Origin: Candidatus Levyibacteriota bacterium
GTDB taxonomy: Bacteria > Patescibacteriota > Microgenomatia > Levybacterales > UBA12049
Direction of reading: 5' to 3'
NCBI GenBank assembly: GCA_016186625.1
Contig: JACPLG010000008.1
Coordinates: 16,071 to 80,070 of the forward strand
DNA length: 64,000 bases
Shown in pieces: positions 37,752 to 51,750 of this stretch. Position 1 is the first letter of the stretch; each line of letters opens with the position of its first letter. The notes under the pieces were generated by a model. The model made no database searches. It saw nothing but the letters and a program-made list of their open reading frames with translations, and was not told where the DNA came from. The position numbers and the translations under genes are program-made.

Positions 37752-40217
37752 TTATTCAACACAGGTAATTGCTGCAACACCATCATTTTCTTTTGAAAAA
37801 CGCATTAGTATTACTCCTTGAGTGGCACGAGAAAGTTGAGGTATAGAGTTAATATCAAGTCTTACCACTAAACCCTTGCGCGAAGTTATTATTACTTCTT
37901 TACAGTTATGAGGAATGACTTGGGAAGATGCAACTTTTCCAGTTTTAGCTGTGACTTCTGCAATTTTTACACCCATTCCTCCTCTACTTTGTGCATTAAA
38001 TTCTAAAACTTTTGTTTTTTTCCCATACCCTTTTTCCATAATTGTCAGAAGCTGCGGATTCTCTCCTTTTCTAACGACATCCATTCCAACCACCAGGTCG
38101 TCTTTTGATAATTTTATCCCTCTTACTCCGCGGGTTGCTCTTCCCAAGGGTCTTACAAGTTTTTCAGGAAACCTTATGCATTTTCCGTTTCTGGTATATA
38201 CAAAAATATCATCGTTTCCTGTTGTTGGATTACTCCAGACTAATTCGTCTCCCCGGTCAAGTTTTATGGCAACAATTCCGGATTTTCTGATATTTTCAAA
38301 TTCATTTTTATCAGTTTTTTTAACAGTGCCGTTTCTTGTTGCTAGAAAGATATATTTAAATTCATCACCTTTGTTATAAGTAATAAAAGATTCGATTTTC
38401 TCATCTGATTCAATATTAATAAGATTTACTGCAGCGGTACCCTTGCTGGCTCTTGAAGATTCATCAATTTCATAAGCTTTTGTTTGATAAACCTTCCCTT
38501 TATTGGTAAAAAAAAGTATGTTGTCATGTGTCATGCAATATCTTATATTCTGAATTCCGTCCTCTTCCTTTGTGGTCATTCCTTTAACTCCTTTTCCACC
38601 GCGCTGTTGAGTCCGAAACGAAGTCAGGCTTTGTCTTTTTATATATCCAGTTGTTGTAAGCGTAATTACAGTTGGCTCATTTGGTATTAAATCTTCTTCG
38701 GAAAATTCGCCAACTTTTCCTTTATAGACTCTTGTCCTTCTCTCATCTGTAAATTTTTCTTTAAGATAATCACACTCATCTTTTATAACTTTTAGAATTT
38801 TCGAAGGATTGCCCAGGAGATCTTCTAGATATGCAATTGTTTCTTTTACCATTAGATATTCGTCTTCAATTTTTTGTTGTTCAAGTGCAGCAAGGCGGCG
38901 CAGCTGAAGATCTAATATTGCCGTTGCCTGAAGATCTGAGAGCTTAAACTTTTTCATAAGATTTTCCTTTGCATCTTCTTGAGTTTTACTTTGTCTTATC
39001 GTTTTAATAACCGCGTCAAGGTTATCAACCGCAATTTTTAATCCCTCTAAAATATGAAGCCTTGCTTTTGCTTGTGCCAGTTCAAATTCAGATCTTTTTT
39101 TGACGATCAAATAGCGATGTTTAATATATTCTTCAAGAATTGTTTTAAGATTTAGTGTCAGAGGGGTTGAGTCAACAAGGGCGACTATATTTGCCGGAAA
39201 AACAGTTTGAAGGCTTGTGTATTTGAAGAGATTATTAAGAACTCTTTTCGGCGAACTATCTCTTTTAAGCTCGACCACTATTCTTATCCCGTGCCGGTCA
39301 GATTCATCACGAAGGTCAGAAATTCCTTCCATTTTTTTTTCTTTGACAAGCTCAGCAATTCGCGCTACCAAAAGAGCCTTGTTAACCTGATATGGCAACT
39401 GCGTAATTATAATTGCGGATTTGCCCTGACCTATATCCTCAATTTCTGCTTTCCCGCGGATTAAAATTCTCCCCTTCCCCGTTGCGTAGACGTTTTTTAT
39501 CTCTGATATGTCATAAATGGCACCAGCTGTCGGGAAATCCGGGCCCTTAATAAATCCTAAAAGCTCATCAATTGTAACGTCCGATACTACGGAAAAAGAA
39601 GGCTTCTCAAGTACTTTGATTTTTTTAATCATATAGCTTATTGCATCAATTACTTCTCCGAGGTTATGAGGGGGAATCTTGGTTGCCATTCCCACGGCAA
39701 TACCCTCACTTCCCATAAGAAGCAGGTTGGGAAGGCGCGCTGGAAGAAAAGTAGGCTCAGTAATTGTTGCGTCAAAATTGGAAATAAATGTGACTGTCTC
39801 TTTCTCAATGTCGGTTAACATCTCATCAGAAATTGTGGCCATTCTTGCTTCTGTGTAACGCATTGCCGCGGGAGGATCGCCATCCATTGAGCCAAAATTT
39901 CCCTGACCGTCAATTAAGGGATAGCGCATTGAAAAATCCTGGGCAAGGCGAACAAGCGCATCGTAAATTGGCATGTCTCCATGAGGGTGGTATTTTCCCA
40001 TCACTTCTCCGACAATCTTTGCGCTTTTGGAATATTTAGAAGTGTGCCTGAGATTTAATTCATGCATTGCAAAGAGGATTCGTCTATGGACTGGTTTTAA
40101 TCCGTCTCTGACATCGGGTAGTGCTCGGGAAACAATAACGCTCATTGCGTAATCCAAATACGCCCGTTTCATCTCCCCTGTTATTTCTGTTTGTTGAAGT
40201 TTACCAATTTCAGCCAT
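37752..40217 (-). CDS. gyrA: DNA gyrase subunit A
   Basis: [31 protein letters not shown], GyrA-box QQRGGKG. Confidence 0.98.
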   Translation of the reverse strand: MAEIGKLQQTEITGEMKRAYLDYAMSVIVSRALPDVRDGLKPVHRRILFAMHELNLRHTSKYSKSAKIVGEVMGKYHPHGDMPIYDALVRLAQDFSMRYPLIDGQGNFGSMDGDPPAAMRYTEARMATISDEMLTDIEKETVTFISNFDATITEPTFLPARLPNLLLMGSEGIAVGMATKIPPHNLGEVIDAISYMIKKIKVLEKPSFSVVSDVTIDELLGFIKGPDFPTAGAIYDISEIKNVYATGKGRILIRGKAEIEDIGQGKSAIIITQLPYQVNKALLVARIAELVKEKKMEGISDLRDESDRHGIRIVVELKRDSSPKRVLNNLFKYTSLQTVFPANIVALVDSTPLTLNLKTILEEYIKHRYLIVKKRSEFELAQAKARLHILEGLKIAVDNLDAVIKTIRQSKTQEDAKENLMKKFKLSDLQATAILDLQLRRLAALEQQKIEDEYLMVKETIAYLEDLLGNPSKILKVIKDECDYLKEKFTDERRTRVYKGKVGEFSEEDLIPNEPTVITLTTTGYIKRQSLTSFRTQQRGGKGVKGMTTKEEDGIQNIRYCMTHDNILFFTNKGKVYQTKAYEIDESSRASKGTAAVNLINIESDEKIESFITYNKGDEFKYIFLATRNGTVKKTDKNEFENIRKSGIVAIKLDRGDELVWSNPTTGNDDIFVYTRNGKCIRFPEKLVRPLGRATRGVRGIKLSKDDLVVGMDVVRKGENPQLLTIMEKGYGKKTKVLEFNAQSRGGMGVKIAEVTAKTGKVASSQVIPHNCKEVIITSRKGLVVRLDINSIPQLSRATQGVILMRFSKENDGVAAITCVE

Positions 40218-40314
40218 AAGACTAGTCACTAGTTACTAGATATTAGATATTAGTTTGTTGAGGAATTTTGTTACTTCGAAACTCAACTAATAACTAGTAT
40301 CTATTATCTAATAT

Positions 40315-42351
40315 CTAGACAATGAAGGAGGCTATTAACAGTGCAACTATATTTAGAACCTTAATCATTGGGTTAATTGCCGGTCCAGCCGTGTCCTTGT
40401 AAGGATCCCCTACGGTGTCGCCAGTTACTGCTGCCTGATGGGCAAAACTTCCTTTTCCCCCAAGCTTTCCTTCCTCAATGTATTTTTTCGTATTGTCCCA
40501 AGCAGCACCTCCTGTTGTCATTGAAATGGCAACAAAAAGTCCAGTTATGATTGATCCTATTAAAAGTCCTCCCAAAGCTTTTGGACCGAGCAAAAAGCCT
40601 ACAAGAATAGGCGCCACAACTGGAATTAAGGCCGGAACAATCATTTGCCTAATCGCCGCTCTTGTAACAATATCAACTGCTTTTGCGTACTCGGGTTTTT
40701 CACTTCCTTCCGTAATCCCCTTGATTTGTCGGAATTGTCTTCTTACCTCATCTACAACTGCCCCGCTTGCTTTTCCAACCGCCTCCATAGCCAGGGCTCC
40801 AAAGAAATAAGGAAGAGCCCCTCCAATAAAAAGCCCGACAATAACTCTTGGGTCTGACAGGCTAAAAACTTGGGCAAGAGCTCCACTTAGACGGGTTAGT
40901 TCCTGCGTATAACTTGCAAAAAGAACTAAGGCGGCCAGCCCGGCAGAGCCAATCGCATATGCTTTTGTTACGGCCTTTGTGGTATTGCCTACTGCATCTA
41001 AGGGGTCAGTAACCTGCCTTACCTTCTGCGGAAGACCGGTCATCTCAACTATTCCTCCGGCGTTATCTGTAATTGGTCCAAATGCATCAATAGCAACAAT
41101 AATTCCAGTGAGAGAAAGCATACTCATGGCGGCAATTGCCACTCCATAAAGCCCGGCAAATTGGTGTGCAAGAAGAGTTCCGGCTGAAATTAGAAGTATT
41201 GGAGCAAGAGTGGATTTCATTGAAACTGCAAGACCTGCGATTATATTTGTTCCGTGACCTGTTGTTGATGCATTTGCAATAGTTTTAACAGGATTAAATT
41301 TTTTTGAAGTAAAATATTCAGTAATTGAGACCATCCCGATTGTAATAATAAGCCCGATTATTGAAGAGTAAAAAAGCGAAAGAGAAGAAATATTTCCAAG
41401 TCCTTGCGGAAAGAGAAAGTTTGTTAATGCAAAAAATCCCCCAAGAGACAAAAGCGCTGAGATAGTTAGACCCTGATAAAGCGCAGACATTATACTTTTT
41501 CCTCTTACCCTCACAAACCAAGTCCCTACAATACTTGTTAATATAGAAATTGCCCCAATAAGAAGCGGGTATACTAGTACAGTCTGATTTCCTTTGAAAG
41601 TAAGATCTCCTAAGAGCATTGCAGCAACTGCTGTGATTACATAAGTTTCAAATAAGTCTGCCGCCATTCCAGCATCATCTCCAACATTGTCTCCAACAAG
41701 GTCAGCTATTACTCCCGGATTTCTTGGGTCATCCTCTGGAATTCCCTTTTCAATCTTGCCTACCATATCTGTTCCAACGTCCGCGGACTTTGTGTAAATT
41801 CCTCCCCCCAGTCTTGCAAAAACAGAAATAAGCGAGCCCCCAAAGCCCAGTGCTATTAGTGGCTGGAGATTAGGAGTAGCGTCCTGGCTTTGAAGAAAAA
41901 AATAGAACCCCGAAACAGAAATAATCGCAAGGCCAACCACCATGAGTCCTGTTACAGCACCGCCTCTAAATGCCATGTTAAATGCAGGAGCAAGGCCACT
42001 TTTTGCAGCTTGCGCTGTTCGGATGTTACTTCTTACCGCAACAACCATTCCAACAATTCCAGCAATCGCAGAAAAAATTGCACCTATCCCAAATCCAATT
42101 GTTGTAAAAGAACCGAAAACAAAATAGAGAATAGCAGCTATTACTGCCCCAATTACCAAAACAACCGTATATTGCGTGCGAAGAAAAGCCGATGCGCCCT
42201 GAGAAATTGCGTCTGCAATTTCATTCATTGCGCTGTCTCCTCTTGGGCTTTTGAGAATTAAAGCACTTAAAAATATTGCGTAAATTATAGATAGAATCCC
42301 TACTCCTAAGCAGATTTGAAGTGCATTATTGAGAATGAATGATAAATCCAT
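40315..42351 (-). CDS. hppA: Membrane-bound ion-translocating pyrophosphatase (K+-independent type)
   Basis: [34 protein letters not shown] (Lys signature), [10 protein letters not shown]. Confidence 0.95.
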   Translation of the reverse strand: MDLSFILNNALQICLGVGILSIIYAIFLSALILKSPRGDSAMNEIADAISQGASAFLRTQYTVVLVIGAVIAAILYFVFGSFTTIGFGIGAIFSAIAGIVGMVVAVRSNIRTAQAAKSGLAPAFNMAFRGGAVTGLMVVGLAIISVSGFYFFLQSQDATPNLQPLIALGFGGSLISVFARLGGGIYTKSADVGTDMVGKIEKGIPEDDPRNPGVIADLVGDNVGDDAGMAADLFETYVITAVAAMLLGDLTFKGNQTVLVYPLLIGAISILTSIVGTWFVRVRGKSIMSALYQGLTISALLSLGGFFALTNFLFPQGLGNISSLSLFYSSIIGLIITIGMVSITEYFTSKKFNPVKTIANASTTGHGTNIIAGLAVSMKSTLAPILLISAGTLLAHQFAGLYGVAIAAMSMLSLTGIIVAIDAFGPITDNAGGIVEMTGLPQKVRQVTDPLDAVGNTTKAVTKAYAIGSAGLAALVLFASYTQELTRLSGALAQVFSLSDPRVIVGLFIGGALPYFFGALAMEAVGKASGAVVDEVRRQFRQIKGITEGSEKPEYAKAVDIVTRAAIRQMIVPALIPVVAPILVGFLLGPKALGGLLIGSIITGLFVAISMTTGGAAWDNTKKYIEEGKLGGKGSFAHQAAVTGDTVGDPYKDTAGPAINPMIKVLNIVALLIASFIV

Positions 42352-42493
42352 AAAAAAGTATTATAGCCTCAAGGATATTAAATATCAAATATTAAATAGT
42401 AAAAATACATATAAAAAATAAAATATAAAAAGCAGAAACTATTTAATATTTACTATGTATATTTGCTATTTACTTTTTACTATTTGATATAAT

Positions 42494-44369
<1,876 letters not shown>

Positions 44370-44419
44370 TTAGTTTGTAGCTATGCTATTTTAGCAGAAA
44401 AAACGACAATTTTCTACTG

Positions 44420-44749
44420 TTAAGGGAATTGGGTTTCAAGAATCTTGTCATAATTATTCTGTACTGAATTTATAAAGTTTATTGAATAAATAATTACAAT
44501 TCCTGTTGAAATAAAAGTAATAACAATCGCCGCAAGTCCTAGTATTTGGGCTTTTGTGTTATCTTTCAAAAGGTACCTAATGCCGGGAATTAAGCCTAAA
44601 GGAGGAAGAAAAATACTTTCCAGAACAATTACAATCGTTTTTCCCCAGGAAAATCTAAAAGGAGGCTCTTTTAACTTCTTCCCGCAATTAGGACAGAAAT
44701 AAAAAGTATCGGAAATCGGAGCCTTACAATACTTGCATGTAGGATTCAT
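44420..44749 (-). CDS. Zinc-ribbon membrane protein
   Basis: CKYC..FCPNCGK plus two TMs. Confidence 0.8.
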   Translation of the reverse strand: MNPTCKYCKAPISDTFYFCPNCGKKLKEPPFRFSWGKTIVIVLESIFLPPLGLIPGIRYLLKDNTKAQILGLAAIVITFISTGIVIIYSINFINSVQNNYDKILETQFP

Positions 44750-44811
44750 CTACTTTTAGCATACAACTTTTTAAAAGTTTAATCAGTATATTTCCTACCT
44801 CTACTACCTAT

Positions 44812-44840
44812 AGCCTTCCAAGGCGTCACCTTGGAAGGCT
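44812..44840. repeat. 12-bp-stem hairpin (REP-like or terminator)
   Basis: AGCCTTCCAAGG-CGTCA-CCTTGGAAGGCT. Confidence 0.7.
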
Positions 44841-44846
44841 GGGCCA

Positions 44847-45512
44847 CTATAGGTTGAGAAATAAATTTTCTAATGCCAGGCGAGTATTAACGTTTGTGGT
44901 TTTCAAGTCGTAATGGGTAAGTTCCATTTTGTGGATTAATTTCCTAAGCTTTAATGCTTCTTGTTTGTCTTCTAAATTTCGAATCATCTCTTTTCTTGCT
45001 GCAAGAATTGTTTGCTCAAGCCACTTAATTGCGCCTCTTTTGTCGCTTGAAATATCCTGGGCGAGTTTTAGTCTCTCCCCAATTTTTAACATTCTCAAAT
45101 TCTTAAGAAAATCAGAATGCTCGCCTGTATCACTGCCGATCGAAAATAAGAATTCTGTACCAAGATCTATTAATTTACACCTCGATAAAATTGTAGGTAG
45201 AAAACTTTGATAATTATCCGTGATCAAAAATATAAGAGTGCTTGGAGGTGGCTCTTCCAAAAGCTTAAGCATTGAATTTTGGGCTTCCGTTGTTGCGCTC
45301 TCCCGGATTATTACAATTACTGCCTTTTTCTCACCCCTAAACGGTTTTAGAAAAATCCTTTTCTGGATATTCCTCACCTCGTCAATTCCAAGTGCTTTCT
45401 CAAACTCCAAAATTTCAATATCAAATTTATCGATCTTATGTTGATCGATAAGGCTTTGCGCTTCCCCAGTTCCCTTTTCTAAATTCCTTGAAGAAATGAT
45501 AAAAGTCTGCAT
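44847..45512 (-). CDS. holB: DNA polymerase III delta' subunit-like (short form)
   Basis: GIDEVR, EAQNSMLKLLEEPP, LPTILSRC. Confidence 0.8.
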   Translation of the reverse strand: MQTFIISSRNLEKGTGEAQSLIDQHKIDKFDIEILEFEKALGIDEVRNIQKRIFLKPFRGEKKAVIVIIRESATTEAQNSMLKLLEEPPPSTLIFLITDNYQSFLPTILSRCKLIDLGTEFLFSIGSDTGEHSDFLKNLRMLKIGERLKLAQDISSDKRGAIKWLEQTILAARKEMIRNLEDKQEALKLRKLIHKMELTHYDLKTTNVNTRLALENLFLNL

Positions 45513-45811
45513 ATTAGATTGCTCGGAGTCCTGTTCAATCTCGGAAAACTCGGAAAACTCAGCGGACCAGATATCCTCAGGGATATCAGAAATTCAGAAC
45601 TCCGGATCTCCCGCCTGCCATGCCTGGCACTGGCGGGCAGGCTGATTATCCGATCGTCTGAGTTTTCTGGCAATCTGAGTAATCATCTGAGTATTCTTAA
45701 AAATCCTCTTGCAGGTGAACCATCCTAAAGTTCCACCCCTCGCGTATTTTACTACGTATTTTTGCTATTTACTATTTGATATTTAATATTGAATTTCCTA
45801 CTATTATAGTA

Positions 45812-47533
45812 ATGCCCGCATATCAATCAAGTTCATCAAGTCAGTCTTCACTTCTGGATGCGCTATTAGCCTCGCATTTTATATCACAGTCTCAATATAA
45901 TGAAGTCAAATTGAGAGCAATTTCTCAGGGGATACCTGAAGAAGATGTACTCGTGTCTATGGGACTGGTGAGTGAAGATAGGCTATCAGAAACTAAAGCG
46001 AAGATTCTAGGTGTTCCCTACATTTCACTTGATTCCACCTCATTTTCTCCCCAAGCATTAGGTTTTGTTTCTCAGGCTGTGGTGCAAAGATTTAATTTAA
46101 TACCGTTCTCATATGATGACAGATCAAAAACTCTTTCAATTGCTATGGCAAATCCGGTGGACTTGGATGCAATTTCTTTTGTCAGGCAAAAAACAGGACT
46201 TAACATTAAAACTTTTGCCGCTTCTCCTTCTGCCATAAAACAGGCAATTGATATTCAATACAAACAGGAATTAGTCGGCCAAGTTGGCGAAGCGCTTAAA
46301 GAAACCGAGGATGTAACAAAGACAAAAACAGTTGACGTAACCCAAATTGCCCAGATAATCAAAGAAGCTCCAATTGCCAAAATAGTATCAACTATCCTTG
46401 AATATGCTGTAAAAAGCAGGGCCTCAGATGTGCACATTGAGCCGCAGGAAGAAAGAGTAAGAGTACGCTACAGGATTGACGGAATTTTATATGACCGTCT
46501 AAGTCTTCCTAAAAGCGTACAAGAAGCAGTAGTTTCAAGAATCAAAATTCTGTCTGAAATGAAAATAGATGAACATAGAATTCCTCAGGATGGCCGTTTT
46601 AATTTTAAAATAGAAGATAAAGAAGTTGATCTTCGCATCTCTGTGCTTCCTGCTGTGCACGGTGAAAAGGTTGTAATGAGGTTACTCCGAAAAAGCGGAG
46701 GAATACCCACTCTTGAGGAGCTTGGCCTAGTGGGCACAGCACTTAGAAGTCTTGAAAATAATATGCTTCGCCCCCACGGAATAATTATTGTTTGTGGGCC
46801 TACTGGTTCAGGAAAAACAACTACCCTTTATGCGGTTCTTAGCAAACTCAACAGCCCAAAAGTTAATATTCTAACTCTTGAAGACCCAGTTGAGTATGAG
46901 ATTCCTAGCGTTAATCAGGTGCAGGTGAACCCCGCGGTAGGGCTTACTTTTGCAACAGGCCTTAGGGCTTTTCTTAGACAAGACCCTAACATAATTCTTG
47001 TTGGAGAAATACGCGATAAAGAAACTACAGACTTAGCAATTCAGGCAGCGCTCACTGGTCATTTAGTTTTTTCAACGCTTCATACTTCAAATGCTTCAGG
47101 AGCACTACCAAGACTTGTTGATTTAGGTGCTGAAACATTTCTCCTCTCCTCTACCATGAATGCAATTGTAGGGCAGCGAATTGTAAGACGTCTTTGCCAG
47201 AACTGTAAAGCCCCCTACCCTCCCCCAGAACAAATTTCTGAGATGATAAAAAAGGACCTGGGCACGCTTATGCCTCCTGGAGAATTCAAGCTTTTTAGGG
47301 CTCAGGGATGCTCTGAGTGTGATAATTCAGGCTACATTGGGAGAATCGGAATATTTGAAGTGCTTCCTGTGACAGAAAGAATAGCTGCTATGATATTAAG
47401 AAGAGCAGATAGTATCAATTTGGAAAAAGAAGCAATTTTAGAGGGAATGATAACAATGAAACAAGACGGGTACTTTAAAGCTCTAAAAGGAATAACAACG
47501 GTTGAGGAAGTTTTGCGAGTAGCGCAGGAATAA
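45812..47533 (+). CDS. pilB: Type IV pilus assembly ATPase (GspE/PilB)
   Basis: ASDVHIEP, PQDGR, GPTGSGKTTT, LRQDPN, TGHLVFSTLH, two CxxC. Confidence 0.95.
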   Translation: MPAYQSSSSSQSSLLDALLASHFISQSQYNEVKLRAISQGIPEEDVLVSMGLVSEDRLSETKAKILGVPYISLDSTSFSPQALGFVSQAVVQRFNLIPFSYDDRSKTLSIAMANPVDLDAISFVRQKTGLNIKTFAASPSAIKQAIDIQYKQELVGQVGEALKETEDVTKTKTVDVTQIAQIIKEAPIAKIVSTILEYAVKSRASDVHIEPQEERVRVRYRIDGILYDRLSLPKSVQEAVVSRIKILSEMKIDEHRIPQDGRFNFKIEDKEVDLRISVLPAVHGEKVVMRLLRKSGGIPTLEELGLVGTALRSLENNMLRPHGIIIVCGPTGSGKTTTLYAVLSKLNSPKVNILTLEDPVEYEIPSVNQVQVNPAVGLTFATGLRAFLRQDPNIILVGEIRDKETTDLAIQAALTGHLVFSTLHTSNASGALPRLVDLGAETFLLSSTMNAIVGQRIVRRLCQNCKAPYPPPEQISEMIKKDLGTLMPPGEFKLFRAQGCSECDNSGYIGRIGIFEVLPVTERIAAMILRRADSINLEKEAILEGMITMKQDGYFKALKGITTVEEVLRVAQE

Positions 47534-47579
47534 ATCAGTAAACTAGATACTAGTCACTAGTTACTAGTATCTGAAATGT

Positions 47580-48647
47580 ATGGATATTAAAGAACTATTA
47601 AATTTAACAGTAAAAAATAAGGCATCAGACCTTCATCTTTTGGTGGGTATTGCGCCAACTCTTAGAATTGATGGAGTACTGCATCAGCTAGCCAATTATC
47701 AGCCACTTAGAAACGAAGAAATCGAAGCAATGGTATTCTCCATAATAAGTCCACACCAAAAGCAACTTCTACTTGCCAATAAAGAACTTGATTTTTCATT
47801 TGGTTTTGGAAAAGACGCAAAAGGAAGTGAGGGGCGTTTCAGAGTAAACATTTATTATCAAAGAGGATATTTATCAGGTGCTTTCAGATACCTTGAGCCA
47901 ACAATAAGAACTGTTGAAGAACTTAGGCTTCCAAAAATCTGCAATTCATTCTCCTCTCTTAAACAGGGGTTCGTTCTAGTAACAGGTCCTACAGGACACG
48001 GAAAATCAACAACTCTTGCTGCAATGATAAATCAAATTAATCAGAGCCGAGCAGCCCATATATTAACAATCGAGGATCCTATTGAATATGTTTATCCTCT
48101 GGGAAAAAGTATTATATCTCAAAGAGAAATGGGGCTTGATTCCCATTCGTGGAGTTATGCACTCCGATCGGCTCTAAGAGAAGACCCGGACGTAGTTCTT
48201 ATTGGGGAAATGAGAGATCCAGAAACCATCTCATCAGCCATAACAATTGCCGAAACAGGACATTTGGTATTTTCCACCCTTCACACCAACTCTGCTTCTC
48301 AAACAATTGATAGGATCATAGACTCTTTTCCGCCCGGTCAGCAGTCTCAAGTCAGGATTCAGCTTGCAGCGACCCTTAAGGGAATTATTTCCCAGCGCCT
48401 CCTCCCGCAAATTAACGGAGGCAGAGTCCCTGCCGCAGAAGTTTTGATTGGGAATAATGCAGTTTCAACTAATATCCGCGACGGTAAGACCCATCTAATA
48501 GACTCAATAATTGAAACATCGCAAGAGATTGGAATGATAAGTCTTGAATCCTCGCTTTCCTCACTTGTTATGACCGGATCAATTAGCTTAGAGACTGCCA
48601 AAAGTTATGCAACAAGACCTGACGATCTTCTGAGAATGATTGTTTGA
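47580..48647 (+). CDS. pilT: Type IV pilus retraction ATPase
   Basis: ASDLHL, GPTGHGKSTT, LREDPD, AETGHLV, NIRDGK. Confidence 0.95.
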   Translation: MDIKELLNLTVKNKASDLHLLVGIAPTLRIDGVLHQLANYQPLRNEEIEAMVFSIISPHQKQLLLANKELDFSFGFGKDAKGSEGRFRVNIYYQRGYLSGAFRYLEPTIRTVEELRLPKICNSFSSLKQGFVLVTGPTGHGKSTTLAAMINQINQSRAAHILTIEDPIEYVYPLGKSIISQREMGLDSHSWSYALRSALREDPDVVLIGEMRDPETISSAITIAETGHLVFSTLHTNSASQTIDRIIDSFPPGQQSQVRIQLAATLKGIISQRLLPQINGGRVPAAEVLIGNNAVSTNIRDGKTHLIDSIIETSQEIGMISLESSLSSLVMTGSISLETAKSYATRPDDLLRMIV

Positions 48648-48649
48648 TT

Positions 48650-49855
48650 ATGAGACTTAGATATAAAGCGGTTTCCCAAGAAGGAAAAAAAATAAGAGGG
48701 TTTGTTGAGGCTAAAGAGATTAAAGATGCTGCCTATTACCTGCGACAAAGGAATTTAATTCCAATACAAATTTCAAAAGAAACAGAATTTTTTCTGACTA
48801 AAAAAGTTCCGGGAATTGGAAGAGTTAAGTCAAAAGATGTCATTCTTTTTACAAGACAATTGTCTTCTATGCTTTCCTCAGGACTAACACTAATTAGGGC
48901 ACTTGAGATTTTAAAGGAACAGACTACAAATAAAATTCTTCAAGAAACAATCGGAGGCATTCTTCTGGATTTACAGGAAGGGAAATCTTTCTCAGAGTCC
49001 ATTGCTAAATATCCGGATATATTTTCTCCAGTTTATATATCCTTGGTAAGAGCCGGTGAATCCTCAGGATTACTAGATAAAATTTTTCTAAGACTTGCGA
49101 CCAATCTTGAAAAGCAGCGAAGACTAAGAAATACCGTAAAAGGAGCACTTATGTATCCCGCGGTTGTTGTAACGCTCATGTTTGTTGTGATTATGATACT
49201 GATGATTTTTGTTGTACCACAACTCAATACCCTTTATGAGAGTCTTAATATAGAGCTTCCTTTTGTAACAAGAGTTGTAGTTGGAATTTCAAGCTCTGTT
49301 GGGAAAATCTGGCCGCTAATTATTGGTCTTGGAGGTGTAGTTATATATGCATTTTTAAGATGGAAAAAAACGCCGAAAGGAAAAGAGACATATGATAGCC
49401 GCATCATTCAACTTCCGCTTTTTGGGAAAATCATAAAGCAGACTATTCTTACGGAGTTTTCAAGAACCTTTGGGCTTTTGGTGGGGACAGGGACTTTAAT
49501 AGTTGATGCTCTTTCTCAGAGCTCAAAAGTAACCGGGAATTATGTTTATGAAAAAGCAATTGATGAGGTAGCTGATAGAGTTGAGAAAGGTGTCCCGGTG
49601 GGAGAAGCTATGAGTTATCATCCAATATTCCCTACTCTTCTTGTCCAACTTGTAAAATCAGGCGAAGAAACAGGAAAAATGGATGAGAATTTACTTAAGG
49701 CTTCTGAATATTTTGAGGAAGAAGTAAATCAGGCTGTAAAAACCTTAACAACTGCCATGGAACCATTTATCATGATAGTTCTAGGAATTGGAGTTGGATT
49801 TTTAGTCTTTTCGGTTATTACGCCTCTTTACAGCCTTCTGTCTGCAATTCAGTAG
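48650..49855 (+). CDS. pilC: Type II secretion F / PilC platform protein
   Basis: FTRQLSSML, AGESSG, ALMYP, GEETG, MEP. Confidence 0.93.
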   Translation: MRLRYKAVSQEGKKIRGFVEAKEIKDAAYYLRQRNLIPIQISKETEFFLTKKVPGIGRVKSKDVILFTRQLSSMLSSGLTLIRALEILKEQTTNKILQETIGGILLDLQEGKSFSESIAKYPDIFSPVYISLVRAGESSGLLDKIFLRLATNLEKQRRLRNTVKGALMYPAVVVTLMFVVIMILMIFVVPQLNTLYESLNIELPFVTRVVVGISSSVGKIWPLIIGLGGVVIYAFLRWKKTPKGKETYDSRIIQLPLFGKIIKQTILTEFSRTFGLLVGTGTLIVDALSQSSKVTGNYVYEKAIDEVADRVEKGVPVGEAMSYHPIFPTLLVQLVKSGEETGKMDENLLKASEYFEEEVNQAVKTLTTAMEPFIMIVLGIGVGFLVFSVITPLYSLLSAIQ

Positions 49856-49930
49856 GCCGTACCTTTATCTTATCTAAGGCTAAAATAACACTTGACAAAA
49901 GAAAAGTTATGTGCTCATACTGAAGTATAA

Positions 49931-50428
49931 GTGAAAAAACTAATAGAACTCATTAAGAAACTTCTCGGATTAGGTGGCTCTTCATCAGACTCAAGCGGTT
50001 CAAAAGATAGCTCATCAGGCTTTACTCTCGTAGAGCTTTTAATTGTTATTGCAATTATAGGAATCCTTGCATCAGCGCTTCTAGTTGCATTAGACCCCGC
50101 TGAAAAAATAAGACTGGCAAATGATACAAGAGCAATTAATGATATAACTCAGACATCTTCCAAAATAGAGCAATACGCAATCCAAACCAGTGATGGGGTT
50201 TATCCATCTTCTCTAAGTAGTGCAACAGTTCCATTACCATCAGCACCAACTAATTACAGTTATGTATATACATATACTGCTGCAACAAATACGTTCACCC
50301 TCAGAGTAAACACCCTTCGTTCAAAAAAATACACAACAGGATCTTATGCTACCACACCGAGGTTTATATATGACTCGGTTAAAGGCAAAACTTGTCACGC
50401 AGGAGCTGCTGCGACTGTCTGTCCTTAA
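49931..50428 (+). CDS. Type IV pilin (probable major pilin)
   Basis: G|FTLVELLIVIAIIGIL; C-terminal Cys pair; own upstream TTGACA. Confidence 0.88.
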   Translation: MKKLIELIKKLLGLGGSSSDSSGSKDSSSGFTLVELLIVIAIIGILASALLVALDPAEKIRLANDTRAINDITQTSSKIEQYAIQTSDGVYPSSLSSATVPLPSAPTNYSYVYTYTAATNTFTLRVNTLRSKKYTTGSYATTPRFIYDSVKGKTCHAGAAATVCP

Positions 50429-50465
50429 CTTGACGTCTTCAAATGAATTCTCTATGCTCACCTAA

Positions 50466-51305
50466 GTGAGCATTTTTTTTGTAGTTTTTTTCTTTATCCT
50501 CGGGCTTTTCTTTGGCAGTTTTCTAAATCTTATTGCCGATAGACTTTCAAGAGGCGAAAAAATAACTGGGCGCTCCTACTGTGAGAATTGCAAAAAGATT
50601 CTTTCTTGGAAAGATCTTATTCCCCTACTCTCTTTTGTTTGGCTAAGAGGTAAGTGCAGATATTGCCACTCCCCCTTAACCTTTCAATATTTGTTTTCCG
50701 AACTTTTAACTGGGTTTTTGTTTTCGCTAACCTTTCTCTATGTGTTTAGTGTGGGAATTTTCAATTTTCAATTTTCAATTTTCAATGAAATCTTAAATCA
50801 GAAATCATTAATCATAAATCTTTTATATTATTTCTTCATTGTCTCATCAATGGTCGTCATCTTCTTTTCTGATCTTAGACATGGAATAATTCCGGATAAG
50901 ATAGTTTTTCCTGCAATTATTGCTTCACTCCTTTTCCTAACGATTTCTACTTTCTATCTTCCACCTTCAGAGATTCTACCCTCTACCCTCAACCATCTAT
51001 TGTCTGGTTTTGGCTCGTTTCTTTTTTTCCTTTTTTTATTTCTAATTACAAAAGGAAAAGGGATGGGATTTGGAGATGTTAAACTTTCCTTTTTGATTGG
51101 TCTTATCTTGGGATTGCCCGGAACAATTTATAGTATATATCTAGCATTCTTGACAGGCGGGGTCTTTGCAATCATACTTATTTTATGGAAGAAAAACAAG
51201 CTGAAATCGCAAGTTCCTTTCGGGCCTTTTTTGGTTGGAAATTTCTTTCTAGTCCTCTTTTTTCAACCCCAGATAAACAGAATAATTTTAAATTTAATAA
51301 GGTAA
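50466..51305 (+). CDS. pilD: Prepilin peptidase
   Basis: GSFLN, RSYCENC, LRGKCRYC, GMGFGDVKL, VPFGPFL. Confidence 0.93.
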   Translation: MSIFFVVFFFILGLFFGSFLNLIADRLSRGEKITGRSYCENCKKILSWKDLIPLLSFVWLRGKCRYCHSPLTFQYLFSELLTGFLFSLTFLYVFSVGIFNFQFSIFNEILNQKSLIINLLYYFFIVSSMVVIFFSDLRHGIIPDKIVFPAIIASLLFLTISTFYLPPSEILPSTLNHLLSGFGSFLFFLFLFLITKGKGMGFGDVKLSFLIGLILGLPGTIYSIYLAFLTGGVFAIILILWKKNKLKSQVPFGPFLVGNFFLVLFFQPQINRIILNLIR

Positions 51306-51730
51306 AAAAGCATCGGGGATTTACTTTGGTTGAGTTGCTTCTTGTTGTTGCCATACTTGGTATTTTGGTCTCAGGATTTATCACAATTATGAATCCAGCC
51401 AATCAGCTTAAAAATTCAAGAGATGCAAAAAGAAAATCAGATCTTAGACAAATTCAATCAGCTTTAGAGCTTTATAGAGCAGATTGCGGAAGCTATCCAG
51501 TAGCTCCTCCGAATCAGCTACCAAGTCCATTTACAAGTACCTGTACGGGGACAGTAGTTACTTATATGCAAAGTGTTCCTAAGGATCCAAAAGGTAATAA
51601 TTACTACTATCAAAATATAGGCTCAAGTGGATATGAGATTTCTATCTGTGCAGAAAACGCTAAGGCAGGAGAAGAAGGGGTAAAGCCACATGCAGTGTGT
51701 GGGTTTGTTTTTTTTGTAAACAATCCTTGA
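51185..51730 (+). CDS. Pilin/GspG-like pseudopilin (start uncertain)
   Basis: GFTLVELL, SRDAKRKSDL..IQSALELY, VPKDP. Confidence 0.85.
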   Translation: MEEKQAEIASSFRAFFGWKFLSSPLFSTPDKQNNFKFNKVKKHRGFTLVELLLVVAILGILVSGFITIMNPANQLKNSRDAKRKSDLRQIQSALELYRADCGSYPVAPPNQLPSPFTSTCTGTVVTYMQSVPKDPKGNNYYYQNIGSSGYEISICAENAKAGEEGVKPHAVCGFVFFVNNP

Positions 51731-51750
51731 TGAGATTGAATCCATAAATC

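Noticed and set aside
51185-51330. Long leader on the second pilin as a novel feature
   Set aside because: The ATG overlaps pilD by ~120 nt; a GTA near 51302 may be a mutated or miscalled GTG, so the start cannot be resolved.
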